Positions 1-10,221 are shown, counted from the first letter of the stretch. The stretch is DNA of 64,000 nucleotides from an uncultured Candidatus Saccharibacteria bacterium (GCA_964494105.1 CAZBQI010000005.1:10646-74645), one strand, 5' to 3'. The notes: generated by a model not told the origin, from the letters alone. Made by a program: numbers and translations.

Positions 1-1
1 T

Positions 2-799
2 CGGGGTGTCCCTACCGGTTTTAAAGACATTGATTATACTTTGGCCGGGTTGCAGAACTCAGATTTGATTATAATTGCCGCGCGACCATCACTGGGAAAA
101 ACCAGTTTTGCCTTAAATATCGCACATCACGTAGCCGTTAAAGAGGGAATCCCGGTGGGTATCTTTAGCTTAGAGATGAGTCAAGACCAATTGGTAGACA
201 GATTACTAGCGGCAGAGTCTGGGGTTGATTCTTGGAAACTACGCACCGGCAGCCTAGAAGACACCGATTTTGCCAAATTAAACGAAGCAATGGGCACCCT
301 AAGTGAAGCGCCAATCTTTATCGACGATACTCCGGTCTTGAACGCAATGGAAATGCGCACCAAGGCTCGACGTATTCAAAGCGAGCATGGACTGGGTTTG
401 CTAATTGTCGATTACCTGCAGCTTATGAGCGGACGCTCTAACAGTAGCGGTGACAACCGAGTACAAGAGGTATCCGAGATCTCAAGAGGCCTCAAGGCAT
501 TAGCTCGCGAACTAAACATACCTGTAGTTGCCTTAAGCCAGCTTTCGAGAAGTGTTGAAAGTAGAAGTCCCCAAATTCCTCAGCTCTCTGACTTAAGGGA
601 ATCAGGAAGTATCGAGCAAGATGCTGATGTTGTAATGTTTATTTATCGTGAAGAGGTTTACAACCCAGAAACAGAGCGACAGCATTTGGCCGATATTCTT
701 ATCCGTAAGCACCGTAACGGACCGACGGGGCAGGCCGAATTGTACTTCCACCCAGAGCAATTGCAGTTCCGATCATTAGCCAAAAATCGCGCAGCCTAG
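2..799 (+). CDS. dnaB: Replicative DNA helicase DnaB, C-terminal part (5'-truncated by the window)
   Basis: Frame open from base 2 (RGVPTGF..); motifs [45 protein letters not shown]. Confidence 0.97.
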   Translation, partial: RGVPTGFKDIDYTLAGLQNSDLIIIAARPSLGKTSFALNIAHHVAVKEGIPVGIFSLEMSQDQLVDRLLAAESGVDSWKLRTGSLEDTDFAKLNEAMGTLSEAPIFIDDTPVLNAMEMRTKARRIQSEHGLGLLIVDYLQLMSGRSNSSGDNRVQEVSEISRGLKALARELNIPVVALSQLSRSVESRSPQIPQLSDLRESGSIEQDADVVMFIYREEVYNPETERQHLADILIRKHRNGPTGQAELYFHPEQLQFRSLAKNRAA

Positions 800-870
800 A
801 GATGGGTTCGCTTTACCAATTGCCCAAACTTGGCTATGCTTAGAACAAGTATAAGTACTGCTAAAAAGGT

Positions 871-1353
871 ATGGAAAAGAATAAACCAAAAAATTCAAAG
901 CTAAACGAAACCAAACGAGTTGGCAAGTTTGGACTAGTGGGCATACTTAATACCCTGCTAGATTTCTCTATCTATAATTTTCTAATTATTTTTCTTGATT
1001 TCGACAGAATCCCTGCAAACGTCGTAGCGGCTACCTTTGCAATGACATTCAGCTTTTTTGCAAACCGAACATTCGTTTTTGGCAATAATTCAAAAAACGT
1101 AGCAAGACAAGCAATTCTATTCCTTCTAATCACCGCCTTTGGTTTATATATTGTTCAGAACGTTGTAATTTACGGTCTTACAGATATTTGGCACTTCCCG
1201 CTGGCTTTGGCGTACGATATTGTTGGTGTCTTTGGCCTTGACCGGGTCTTTAGCGAATCGTTTGTGATAGACAATGGAGCCAAAGTAATTGCCACTTTAT
1301 TTAGTATGACCTGGAATTACATCATGTATAAAAAAGTCGTGTTTAAGAAGTGA
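871..1353 (+). CDS. GtrA-family lipid-linked sugar translocase
   Basis: KFGLVGILNTLLDF, SFFANRTFVF and WNY..YKKVVF patterns; 4 hydrophobic segments. Confidence 0.88.
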   Translation: MEKNKPKNSKLNETKRVGKFGLVGILNTLLDFSIYNFLIIFLDFDRIPANVVAATFAMTFSFFANRTFVFGNNSKNVARQAILFLLITAFGLYIVQNVVIYGLTDIWHFPLALAYDIVGVFGLDRVFSESFVIDNGAKVIATLFSMTWNYIMYKKVVFKK

Positions 1354-2903
1354 AAAGATTTTTTCAGCGCACATTTGACTTTGTAAAAAAACATCGGGTA
1401 GGCTGCGCGATTGCATTCGTATTAATTGTTGCAAGTTTTTTTCGACTTTGGCAGCTTTCTAGCTTGCCACCCGGACTACATCCTGATGAAGCTGCCAATG
1501 GTTTAGACGTATTTCGAATTTTGAACGGTGACGTTAGAGTCTTATATGCAACAAACGGCCCTCGAGAAGCGCTTTTCTTTTATTTGCAGGCTATATTTGT
1601 GGTACTACTGGGAAACACCATATTAGCGCTCCGTATCGCTCCGGCCTTAATTGGAATTGCCGCTGTAGGCGTAACATACCTCTGGATTAAGGAATGGTTT
1701 AGCAAACGTGCAGCCCTGCTAGCTGCCGCATTTATGGCAACTGGATCGTGGGCAGTTACAATTGCCCGCGATGGTTTTAGAGCCGGAATGATGCCATTAA
1801 TGTTGGCACTAGTTGGCTGGACCATGACACTTGCATACAAAAAACGTCAGCTTAGGTATTACTTACTTGCTGGGTTTACAATTGGGCTTGGTTTCTATAC
1901 TTATTTATCATATAGATTTGTTATCGTAATCGCCGGTGTATTGGTGTTGTACGCACTAGTTTTTTATCGCAAGCAATTTATAAAGTTCTTAGTACCTTTG
2001 TGCATAATGGCAGTGGTTGCATTTGTGACCATTTTACCGCTCGGGTATTACGCACTTAAAAATCCGGGCGATGTTCTCGGGGGGAGATCTTCGGTTGCCA
2101 TCACTAACCCGGAGCTCAACAATGGTAGTGTGCCAAAAACATTCGTAAGTAATGTAATAAAGACAGCCGCCATGTTTAATATTGAAGGCGACCAAAACCA
2201 TCGACACAACTTAGGTGGATTACCGATGCTCAACGCTTTTGTTGGCGTTCTATTCGTTTTAGGTGGCTTAATCTCTGTTCGACGGTCCAAAGACTTTCGA
2301 TACTTTAGCCTTTTGGTTGTTTTTGGAGTAATGCTTTTACCCGCCCTACTTACGGCGGAAGGCATACCTCACGGTTTGCGAGCAATTGGTGTAATACCCG
2401 TGGTGTATATTTTTGCTGCTATTGGTTTTACCGAGCTACTAAGTCGATGGCGGGGCGTATTCCCAGCTAATCCAATCGCAATTACTATTGGCTTGGTTAT
2501 ATTGCTTGGCCTAACCGCTTTAGCCGGAATCTATGACTATCAACGCTATTTTAATGCCTGGGCCAATAACCCTAAAACATTTGAAGCATATAGCGAGGAT
2601 GCCGTTGCTGTTGGCGAGTTCTTAAAATCTACGGATTACGCCGGTAAACGCTACGCTGTTATCGATGGCTATAGCAATATCAACGTGCTTTACTTGACGC
2701 ATAAAAAAACCGACTACTCGCGCATCGATGCAAAAGACATTACTCAAATAGATCCAACTAGTCCTGCACAGTATGTCGTAGTAGCCAACCAAAATAAAAT
2801 TGCCGAGCCGCTTCTTTCTAAGCGTAAGGCAACACTTACTAAGCGACAGGAATCATTAAAACGCAAAGGCGAAACCATGTATTATGTGTATGAGGTAAAA
2901 TAA
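1350..2903 (+). CDS. GT-C fold membrane glycosyltransferase (ArnT/PMT-like)
   Basis: PPGLHPDEA acidic loop after TM1; many TM segments; coupled to gtrA and GT2 genes. Confidence 0.82.
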   Translation: MKRFFQRTFDFVKKHRVGCAIAFVLIVASFFRLWQLSSLPPGLHPDEAANGLDVFRILNGDVRVLYATNGPREALFFYLQAIFVVLLGNTILALRIAPALIGIAAVGVTYLWIKEWFSKRAALLAAAFMATGSWAVTIARDGFRAGMMPLMLALVGWTMTLAYKKRQLRYYLLAGFTIGLGFYTYLSYRFVIVIAGVLVLYALVFYRKQFIKFLVPLCIMAVVAFVTILPLGYYALKNPGDVLGGRSSVAITNPELNNGSVPKTFVSNVIKTAAMFNIEGDQNHRHNLGGLPMLNAFVGVLFVLGGLISVRRSKDFRYFSLLVVFGVMLLPALLTAEGIPHGLRAIGVIPVVYIFAAIGFTELLSRWRGVFPANPIAITIGLVILLGLTALAGIYDYQRYFNAWANNPKTFEAYSEDAVAVGEFLKSTDYAGKRYAVIDGYSNINVLYLTHKKTDYSRIDAKDITQIDPTSPAQYVVVANQNKIAEPLLSKRKATLTKRQESLKRKGETMYYVYEVK

Positions 2904-2905
2904 TT

Positions 2906-3643
2906 ATGAATGATAAGCAAATAGATCTTAGTATTGTTATACCCGCCTACAATGAAGCAAAACGTATCGGCCAAAGCCTAGAGACTCTTGCCGAATATCT
3001 GAAACAATCATCAAGGTTTGGCAATGTTGAGGTTATAGTAGTTGCCGCAAGAGGAAGAGACAAGACATTAGATGTCGCAAAGGCTAAGAAGCAGCTTTTC
3101 GAAACATTTGTACCAATCGACGCCGGTGCACATATCGGTAAGGGTCGGGATGTAAAAATGGCTATGCTAAAAGCTCGAGGCAAATACCGAATATTTATGG
3201 ACGCCGATTTGGCTACGCCCCTAAAACACCTCGAAGATGTACAGAAAAACATCTTACAGCACAAAGACGTAATTATCGGCACAAGAGACTTGACATCATC
3301 GCACAAAGGTTTACGCAAATTTATCTCAAGTTTCGGAAATATCTTAATTCGTATTTTATTGGGACTAAAAATTAATGACACTCAATGCGGATTTAAATGT
3401 TTTAGAGATGACGTAGCAACTGATTTGTTTGGCGCACAGACAATTACAGGGTGGGGCTTTGACATGGAGGTATTGGCAATAGCCAAGTATCGAAAATACT
3501 CAATCGTAACATTGCCAATCGAAGACTGGCAGGATGTGGCCGGTGGTACTTTTAAAAATGTAGCGGTATCCGGAGCTTTATCTACATTTAAGGACTTACT
3601 GAAGATTAAACTCAATTTATTATCAGGCAAATATAAGCAGTGA
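2906..3643 (+). CDS. GT2 polyprenol-phosphate glycosyltransferase (DPM/ALG5-like)
   Basis: SIVIPAYNEA, GKG, FMDADLATP, DTQCGFK, GWGFDMEVL. Confidence 0.92.
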   Translation: MNDKQIDLSIVIPAYNEAKRIGQSLETLAEYLKQSSRFGNVEVIVVAARGRDKTLDVAKAKKQLFETFVPIDAGAHIGKGRDVKMAMLKARGKYRIFMDADLATPLKHLEDVQKNILQHKDVIIGTRDLTSSHKGLRKFISSFGNILIRILLGLKINDTQCGFKCFRDDVATDLFGAQTITGWGFDMEVLAIAKYRKYSIVTLPIEDWQDVAGGTFKNVAVSGALSTFKDLLKIKLNLLSGKYKQ

Positions 3644-5121
3644 GTCTTTACAGCGTTAAGCAGTGGGTAAAAGATAACTGGGTAATGCCACTATCGGTAC
3701 TACTAAGCGTATCTATTCAGCTGTCATTCATATCAAAATCAAGTATCTGGCACGATGAAGGCTATAGTTTGTGGCTAATAAAGTATGACTACTGGGATAT
3801 CTTAGTCCGCACAGCCCGCGATGTACATCCGCCCCTTTACTACCTGGCCTTAAAGCTGTGGACCGAAATTTTCGGCCGATCTGAAATGGCGGCGCGCAGT
3901 TTGAGTACACTTTGTGTGGCGGGCATCATAATATTGTCATATTTTTTAGTAAAGAAACTGTTTGGCTTGGGAGCTGCCCGTGTTGCAGTCATTTTCTTAG
4001 CTTTGGCTCCCTTTATAATTCGCTACGGTCAAGAAGCCAGGATGTACAGCCTAACGGCACTGCTACTGACCGCTGCCACCTTAGTGCTAGTTTATGCGCT
4101 TCGTTCAAAGTCTTGGCGACTACTTCTGCTCTATAGCATATTTATGGCGTTGGCGTTTTACACCCATTACTATGCGGTTTTCATGGTGCCCGTGCACTGG
4201 ATATATGTTGCGTCTCGCACCCATTGGCGCAAGGAGGAACGAGATAAAAAGGAATTCGGCTTGTTTAACCCATGGTGGTGGTTTGCCAATTTTCTAATTG
4301 TCGCGTTCTTTCTCCCATGGTTACCAAGTGCAATAGGTCAGTTCACCAGAGTCCAGGGAGGGTTCTGGATACCCCCCGTAACAATCGAGACCTTGCCAGC
4401 TACAACTGCACAAATGCTTCAATATACAAGCCTAAATAGCTATCATCTGGCTTTACGCATAGGGATTTTAGCGCTAGTAATCGCACTGTCATTAGCCAGC
4501 ATTATTCTGAATAAAAAAAACCGATCCAGTGTAATTCTATTAAGCGCTTGGGCGGCTATGGCTCCATTAGCCGTTTTTATGATTTCGTTGCTGGCACGCC
4601 CGGTTTACATTGATAGATATTTTGTCTATACAGCAGTAGCTTTTTACATTTTACTTGCCGTCTTGCTATATCTGCGACCGCTTAACTATCTTTACCGCAT
4701 ACGACCAATTATCGTATCGGCTATTGCTTTACTTTTCTGTTACGGCATTTCTAATGTCTACGCTCAGAGTAACCACCAGATGTCAAAAGTAGGGAACTTT
4801 ATGAACAATCAATATCGATCCGGAGATTTCATCGTATCCGGTGAGTTATATACATACCTAGACTTTAGCTATTATAATGCTACCGGCCAGCCAGTCTATC
4901 TATACGCTCCGGGAGGAGTAAACGGCTATGGCGAAACTAGTCTGATTTACGATCAGCCGGATTTAATTGTTTCTAGTTTTGATAATATCAGTAACAATCG
5001 AATATGGATTATTGGCAAAGCCGGTGAAAAAGACTACTTTAGAAAAGTGCCTACTTCGTGGAAATTACAAAAAACCTTCAATGCCAAAGATTCTGAGATA
5101 CGTCTCTACGTAAATAGCTAG
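3640..5121 (+). CDS. GT-C fold membrane glycosyltransferase (PMT_2-like mannosyltransferase)
   Basis: SIWHDEGYS, DVHPPLYY, QEARMYSL; multi-TM. Confidence 0.85.
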   Translation: MSLYSVKQWVKDNWVMPLSVLLSVSIQLSFISKSSIWHDEGYSLWLIKYDYWDILVRTARDVHPPLYYLALKLWTEIFGRSEMAARSLSTLCVAGIIILSYFLVKKLFGLGAARVAVIFLALAPFIIRYGQEARMYSLTALLLTAATLVLVYALRSKSWRLLLLYSIFMALAFYTHYYAVFMVPVHWIYVASRTHWRKEERDKKEFGLFNPWWWFANFLIVAFFLPWLPSAIGQFTRVQGGFWIPPVTIETLPATTAQMLQYTSLNSYHLALRIGILALVIALSLASIILNKKNRSSVILLSAWAAMAPLAVFMISLLARPVYIDRYFVYTAVAFYILLAVLLYLRPLNYLYRIRPIIVSAIALLFCYGISNVYAQSNHQMSKVGNFMNNQYRSGDFIVSGELYTYLDFSYYNATGQPVYLYAPGGVNGYGETSLIYDQPDLIVSSFDNISNNRIWIIGKAGEKDYFRKVPTSWKLQKTFNAKDSEIRLYVNS

Positions 5122-5157
5122 AATTTGCTAAACTATATAGAGAAAGAGAGGTTCAAT

Positions 5158-5445
5158 ATGCTTGGAAAAGCCAAAGCGCTAATGGAACTAAAGAAGATTC
5201 AATCTCAATTAGCCAAAGAAGTAGTCGAAGTAGAGGCCGGTGATGGAGCTGTTAAGGTGCGGATCAGCGGTGAGCAAAAAATAAAGAGCGTAACGCTCGA
5301 TGAAGCAAGGGTACAAGAAGCCAGCACCGAACAGCTTGAACGCTGGATAGAATCAGCCGTCAGCCAAGCAATTACCAAATCACAGCAGATTGCCGCTGAA
5401 AAAATGCGAGCTATGAGCGGTGGCCTGGGAATTCCAGGACTCTAG
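5158..5445 (+). CDS. ybaB: YbaB/EbfC nucleoid-associated protein
   Basis: EAGDGAVKVRISGEQKI, C-terminal GGLGIPGL, directly upstream of recR; ATG 5158 follows GAGG. Confidence 0.9.
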   Translation: MLGKAKALMELKKIQSQLAKEVVEVEAGDGAVKVRISGEQKIKSVTLDEARVQEASTEQLERWIESAVSQAITKSQQIAAEKMRAMSGGLGIPGL

Positions 5446-5451
5446 GAACAT

Positions 5452-6042
5452 ATGCTACCTGCAGCTTTAGAATCGCTAATCTCCGAACTTGGCCGTTTGC
5501 CTGGAATTGGTCCTCGAACGGCTGAGCGCTTAGCGTTTTTTTTACTAAAAGCAAACCGCTCGCAAAGCACTCAGCTTGCACGGAGCCTAGAAGACCTGCA
5601 TGCAAATATTCGGTCGTGTAAAACTTGTTTTAACCTTAGTGAGAATGATTTGTGCTCAATTTGCCTCAGTACTAAACGCGACCCATCGGTTATAGCCGTA
5701 GTAGAAGAGCCACTTGATGTTATAGCACTTGAAAAAACAGCAATGTATCACGGCAAATACCATGTACTCGGCGGGGTAATATCACCAATTGACGGTATTG
5801 GGCCAGAGCAACTACACATTAGGCAACTACTTAGTCGTCTAGCAAATAACAATGTCAGTGAAATAATATTAGCGCTCAACCCTAGCACAGAGGGCGAGGC
5901 AACAGCACTCTATTTGCAACGGCAATTTCCACCCGAGGTAAAGGTTACGCGTCTAGCCCGCGGTCTACCTATGGGTAGTGATCTTGAGTATGCTGATCAA
6001 ATAACTCTGGGCCGTGCCCTAGAAGGCAGACAGGCAGTATAG
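5452..6042 (+). CDS. recR: Recombination mediator RecR
   Basis: LPGIGPRTAERLAF HhH, C4 zinc finger, YHVLGG, Toprim EGEATALY, LARGLPMG. Confidence 0.97.
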   Translation: MLPAALESLISELGRLPGIGPRTAERLAFFLLKANRSQSTQLARSLEDLHANIRSCKTCFNLSENDLCSICLSTKRDPSVIAVVEEPLDVIALEKTAMYHGKYHVLGGVISPIDGIGPEQLHIRQLLSRLANNNVSEIILALNPSTEGEATALYLQRQFPPEVKVTRLARGLPMGSDLEYADQITLGRALEGRQAV

Positions 6043-6043
6043 A

Positions 6044-7051
6044 ATGTCTAATCTACTATTCGAGTCACTACACAATCACACAAAGTCTTCTGACGGCAAG
6101 CAAGACCATCTACAAGTACTCGCATCCGCCGAAAGACACGGTATAGGCGTTATTGCATTTACCGATCACGACATCCTGCCCAGTCAAGAGAACTTAAAAA
6201 TACTGAAAGCTTACAATGGACCGGTTAAGTGGCTTTGTGGTATCGAGTTAACATCACGATTGCCAAGAGAATTAAACAAACCGGGCACATTACATATACT
6301 AGGGCTATTTACAGACCCTATGAACAAGGAATTGCGTGAGTATTCGGATCACGTTGTAGCCTCACGCATCGAGCGAATGAAGCACTTTGTGAAAGAACTG
6401 AATTCTATTGGTTTTAAGTTAACCGAAAGTCAGTGTATGTCTGCTGCCGATGGTGCCCCGGTTGGCAATCCTCATGTAGTTAAAGCGTTACTAGCAAATC
6501 CAGATAATGTGAAGCGCATGGATGAAATAAAAAAAGAAATGTCCAAGGTAGCAGAGTCCAACCCTGAGGTTCGCTTCCGCTATGATCGAATGCTAGAAGA
6601 AGGTGAGCAAACGTATCCCTATGTACTATTCATGAAACGTAGCTCTTTTTACCCGATGGCACCAAGCAAATCAAGCGAATCCATACTAGACCTAGATGCC
6701 AGCGTTAAGCTCATAAGGCAATCCGGCGGAGTAGCCTTGCAAGCTCATTGGTTTTTTCATCAAAGCATTCTTTCGGAGAGCAAATTAACCGAGCTAATAA
6801 AAGATACCCGACTAGATGGGGTAGAGACAGATGTAAAAAATCTCATTACGCCTCGCGACGTTCGCAAGGAAACAAAGTTTCTAGAGGATTTAGCTCGTAG
6901 ACACAATGCTCTTGAATCAATTGGAGCTGATGCACATGATGATAAAGATTTAGAGTTTTTTGCAAAGTCCGAAGCAGCCCAAAATTCTATTGGTCAAACC
7001 AAGAAAATGATTAACGAATTTCACCCAAACCTCGAGTGGTCTAATCTCTAA
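6044..7051 (+). CDS. PHP-domain metal-dependent phosphoesterase
   Basis: LHNHTKSSDG, FTDHD, GIE, HILG, AH, GADAH metal-ligand motifs. Confidence 0.88.
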   Translation: MSNLLFESLHNHTKSSDGKQDHLQVLASAERHGIGVIAFTDHDILPSQENLKILKAYNGPVKWLCGIELTSRLPRELNKPGTLHILGLFTDPMNKELREYSDHVVASRIERMKHFVKELNSIGFKLTESQCMSAADGAPVGNPHVVKALLANPDNVKRMDEIKKEMSKVAESNPEVRFRYDRMLEEGEQTYPYVLFMKRSSFYPMAPSKSSESILDLDASVKLIRQSGGVALQAHWFFHQSILSESKLTELIKDTRLDGVETDVKNLITPRDVRKETKFLEDLARRHNALESIGADAHDDKDLEFFAKSEAAQNSIGQTKKMINEFHPNLEWSNL

Positions 7052-7052
7052 T

Positions 7053-7080
7053 TTGACAGTATTTACACAAATGCTAAAGT
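7053..7080 (+). promoter_or_regulatory. Sigma-70 promoter for the Cys-rich leader
   Basis: TTGACA 7053-7058, 16 nt, TG-extended TAAAGT 7075-7080; ATG 6 nt later. Confidence 0.7.
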
Positions 7081-7086
7081 AGGGTT

Positions 7087-7158
7087 ATGCAAGCACAAAG
7101 CCAAAAACCAAACACATGTAAATGCGCAACCTGTAAATGTAGCGGGTGCTATTGCTAA
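7087..7158 (+). CDS. Cys-rich 23-aa small ORF MQAQSQKPNTCKCATCKCSGCYC (putative attenuator leader peptide)
   Basis: Translated by hand; 6 Cys in the last 13 codons; upstream of a terminator and cysS. Confidence 0.75.
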   Translation: MQAQSQKPNTCKCATCKCSGCYC

Positions 7159-7191
7159 TATAAATAACCTAGATTAACAAGTCGTACACAC

Positions 7192-7218
7192 CCGCCTCTT
7201 GAGGCGGATTTTAATTTT
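7192..7218 (+). terminator. Intrinsic terminator of the putative attenuator
   Basis: CCGCCT-CTTG-AGGCGG followed by ATTTTAATTTT; its 5' arm can alternatively pair with GCGGGTG 7142-7148. Confidence 0.72.
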
Positions 7219-7231
7219 AAAAGGAGTAAAC

Positions 7232-7516
7232 ATGATTGAATCAATCAAACCAAACAGTAGGGGAGCTTTCGCCGGCGAATTAACTAGCACTGTTCATATC
7301 GCTATCGCCGATGAGGGTCAAGACATGCCTTATTTGTTCCTCGATCAACCAACTTTCGAAGAAGCACTTAATACTCTCGGCCAAACGAATACAGTTTTAA
7401 GTGCTCTTAAGCATTTAGTAGTGTTTCCATATATAGCTATGGAAACACGCATCGTACCAATTTATGAGCGATTAGTTCGTGATCACATAACAGCATTATC
7501 TCTTTGTCGGATCTGA
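7232..7516 (+). CDS. Hypothetical protein (possibly frameshifted, extending to 7616)
   Basis: AAGGAG RBS at 7221 before ATG 7232; no recognised motif. Confidence 0.55.
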   Translation: MIESIKPNSRGAFAGELTSTVHIAIADEGQDMPYLFLDQPTFEEALNTLGQTNTVLSALKHLVVFPYIAMETRIVPIYERLVRDHITALSLCRI

Positions 7517-7666
7517 TGGCGATTTTTTTAGATACGAAGTGGCAAGGCTGCTCAAGCCACACATAACAGACCCTGGCTATCCAGATGCTTTGATTGTCCT
7601 AAATCCAGCCTATTAAGCGGTTGAGCCTATTGATTTGAATATAGAATAGTATAATGAAAGCAAACA

Positions 7667-9016
7667 ATGAAACTATATAATTCGCTAAGTAAAAAACTAG
7701 AGGAATTTCAACCACTAAAAAAGGGAAGTGTGGGGCTCTACACTTGTGGGCCAACCGTTTACGATCACGTGCACATTGGCAACTTACGAACCTATATTTT
7801 TGAAGACACGTTAAGACGGATGCTCAAATTAAGTGGATTAAACGTACAGCATGTTATGAACATCACCGATATAGAAGATAAGATATTTACCCGTAGCAAG
7901 AAACAATATCCAAACGAACCTGTTAGCAGCTCGTATAAAAAACTCACCAACAAATTTGAAGAACTTTTTTTTGAAGACACTAAAAAACTAGCTATCGACC
8001 TAGTAGCTTCTACAATCATTCGGGCCACAGACGCAATAAGCGACATGCAGACCCTAGTATTAAAAATCCCGAATAAATACATAACTGATGACGGGGTGTA
8101 TTTCGATATCAGTGAATACCCCGACTACGGCGTATTCACGAAACTTGATACCACCCATGAGCATCATCGTATCAACAATGATGAATACGATAAAAACCAT
8201 GTTGCTGACTTTGCTCTATGGAAGGTAGCAAAAGGCGACGAACCCAGCTGGGACTTCAAGATAGATGGTAAAACACTAAACGGACGACCAGGCTGGCACC
8301 TGGAATGCTCTGCCATGGCCACTAGGTACCTTGGTCAGCCTTTTGATATACATACCGGCGGAATAGATCTGAAATTCCCACATCATGAAAACGAGATTGC
8401 TCAAAGCAAGTCAGCTAATGGTAATAATTTAGCTACTACCTTCGTACACGCCGAGCACTTGCTGGTTGATGGCAAAAAAATGAGTAAGAGTTTAAATAAC
8501 TTTTACACACTCGAAGATATTATCAAAAAGGGATACAACCCATTGGCATTTCGACTATTGATACTCCAAGCGCATTATCGCTCGCAATTAAACTTTTCCT
8601 GGGAATCCCTGCAAGCGGCCCAAAGCTTTCTACTCAAAGTCTATGAGGTTGCTGATCTTTCGTTTCAAACACAACCTGGTGACATTTCAGAAATTCAACT
8701 AAAAAACATGCTGGGTAGTTTGCAAGACGATCTTAATACGCCGGCAGTAATTGCTGAATTGGCCAGATTTATCGAAAACAACCCAAATGTTGCATTGCCT
8801 AAGGCGTTAATCGAATTTATTGATGCGTCACTAGGATTGGCAATAGGGGATCGGGAAGATGCTTCTGGCGAGCAAAAGGTGCTCATTAAACAAAGGAACG
8901 TCTTGCGTGATAATGGTGATTTTGCCGGTGCCGACGTAATTCGTACACAACTCAAAGCAGATAGTATTCTATTAAACGATACTGCAAAAGGAACTTTTTG
9001 GTATAGAGCTATTTAG
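7667..9016 (+). CDS. cysS: Cysteine--tRNA ligase
   Basis: CGPTVYD, HIGN, DFALWK, GRPGWHLECSAM, HHENE, KMSKS. Confidence 0.98.
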   Translation: MKLYNSLSKKLEEFQPLKKGSVGLYTCGPTVYDHVHIGNLRTYIFEDTLRRMLKLSGLNVQHVMNITDIEDKIFTRSKKQYPNEPVSSSYKKLTNKFEELFFEDTKKLAIDLVASTIIRATDAISDMQTLVLKIPNKYITDDGVYFDISEYPDYGVFTKLDTTHEHHRINNDEYDKNHVADFALWKVAKGDEPSWDFKIDGKTLNGRPGWHLECSAMATRYLGQPFDIHTGGIDLKFPHHENEIAQSKSANGNNLATTFVHAEHLLVDGKKMSKSLNNFYTLEDIIKKGYNPLAFRLLILQAHYRSQLNFSWESLQAAQSFLLKVYEVADLSFQTQPGDISEIQLKNMLGSLQDDLNTPAVIAELARFIENNPNVALPKALIEFIDASLGLAIGDREDASGEQKVLIKQRNVLRDNGDFAGADVIRTQLKADSILLNDTAKGTFWYRAI

Positions 9017-10116
9017 CTTATCTTTGCCTTATACTCATCTTTGGGGCTATTTCTTAGGCTAATGTTCTTGCCTTCAAGATAATCCATTACAAGTATCCTG
9101 GCGCACGCAGCCAGGGGAATCGCAACTAGAGCCCCGAGCAAACCGGCTATATTTGCCCCAATTAATGCAGAAGCTAAAATTAACAAAGGCGAAATATTGA
9201 CAGCTTTTGACTGAACTAATGGCTGAACGAAATTGTTTTCCAGTTGTTGATAGATTAATAAGTATATCCCGAGAATAATTGCCGCTGGAACCGAATTGAA
9301 TAAGGTGATTATAACCAGCATTACGCCACTTATCGTCGCCCCAATTAAGGGTACCAAGTTTAGAAACCAAACTACTCCAGTTAAAGGCAGAGCGTATGGT
9401 ATGCCGATAATCCTTAACGCAATATATGCACTCGTAGCGCCTAATGTGGCAATAAGCAATTGCCCATTAACGTAACCAGTTACCACCTTGTACATTTCGT
9501 TAGCGAGTTTCTTTCGGTGTTTGCGCTTTTCTTCTGATTGCAACATCCAAAAGCGTTCAAGCCACGCCGGACCTTCGACTACCATAAAGAACGTCAGAAC
9601 CAACACTGTTAATAAAGCAGCCACCGTAGATATCACTCGTTTCGCCGTAGTAAAAACAGGACCACTAATTTCCGTCACTCGGCTACTTTGACGCTCATAT
9701 ATGCCCTCTAGTGTGTCGGGAATATTATACTTTCGTGCCAGTTCGGCCTGACGGGAATCGGATGTCTCGATAGCGTTAATGTATGTAGGTGCTTTTTCTA
9801 CAACCTGACGAGTTTGGCTAATTAACGGTGGAATCACAATATATAGCAAACCACCGATTACACTCAAAACAACAATGTAGGCTGCGCCGGTGGCAAGTCC
9901 GCGACTATCCTTTGGCATTTTTCGCGCCAGCGAATTAACCGGTCGCGAAAGAGCTATAGCCAAAAAAAGCGATATACCTAAGAGCGAAAAAGCAGTCCGC
10001 GCAATATAGACAAACCAAATGCCAAGAAAAAATAATGAAATTATTGCTAATACCCTAAATACGGTTCGATTGCTAACAGTAGTGCGAATACTCAGTAGAT
10101 CTGATATTTTTTTCAT
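9013..10116 (-). CDS. AI-2E (PerM/UPF0118) family transporter
   Basis: GYVNGQLLIA, PLIGA, QQLENN..QP, GALVAIP; multi-TM. Confidence 0.9.
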   Translation of the reverse strand: MKKISDLLSIRTTVSNRTVFRVLAIISLFFLGIWFVYIARTAFSLLGISLFLAIALSRPVNSLARKMPKDSRGLATGAAYIVVLSVIGGLLYIVIPPLISQTRQVVEKAPTYINAIETSDSRQAELARKYNIPDTLEGIYERQSSRVTEISGPVFTTAKRVISTVAALLTVLVLTFFMVVEGPAWLERFWMLQSEEKRKHRKKLANEMYKVVTGYVNGQLLIATLGATSAYIALRIIGIPYALPLTGVVWFLNLVPLIGATISGVMLVIITLFNSVPAAIILGIYLLIYQQLENNFVQPLVQSKAVNISPLLILASALIGANIAGLLGALVAIPLAACARILVMDYLEGKNISLRNSPKDEYKAKIS

Positions 10117-10221
10117 TTACACCCATTATGTTTATATTTATCAACACCGTCAAGCAATTGCTATTTTTATACTAATCTTGCCTTATTGTCACTGCTGTTA
10201 TAAAAGTATATTATAACACCT

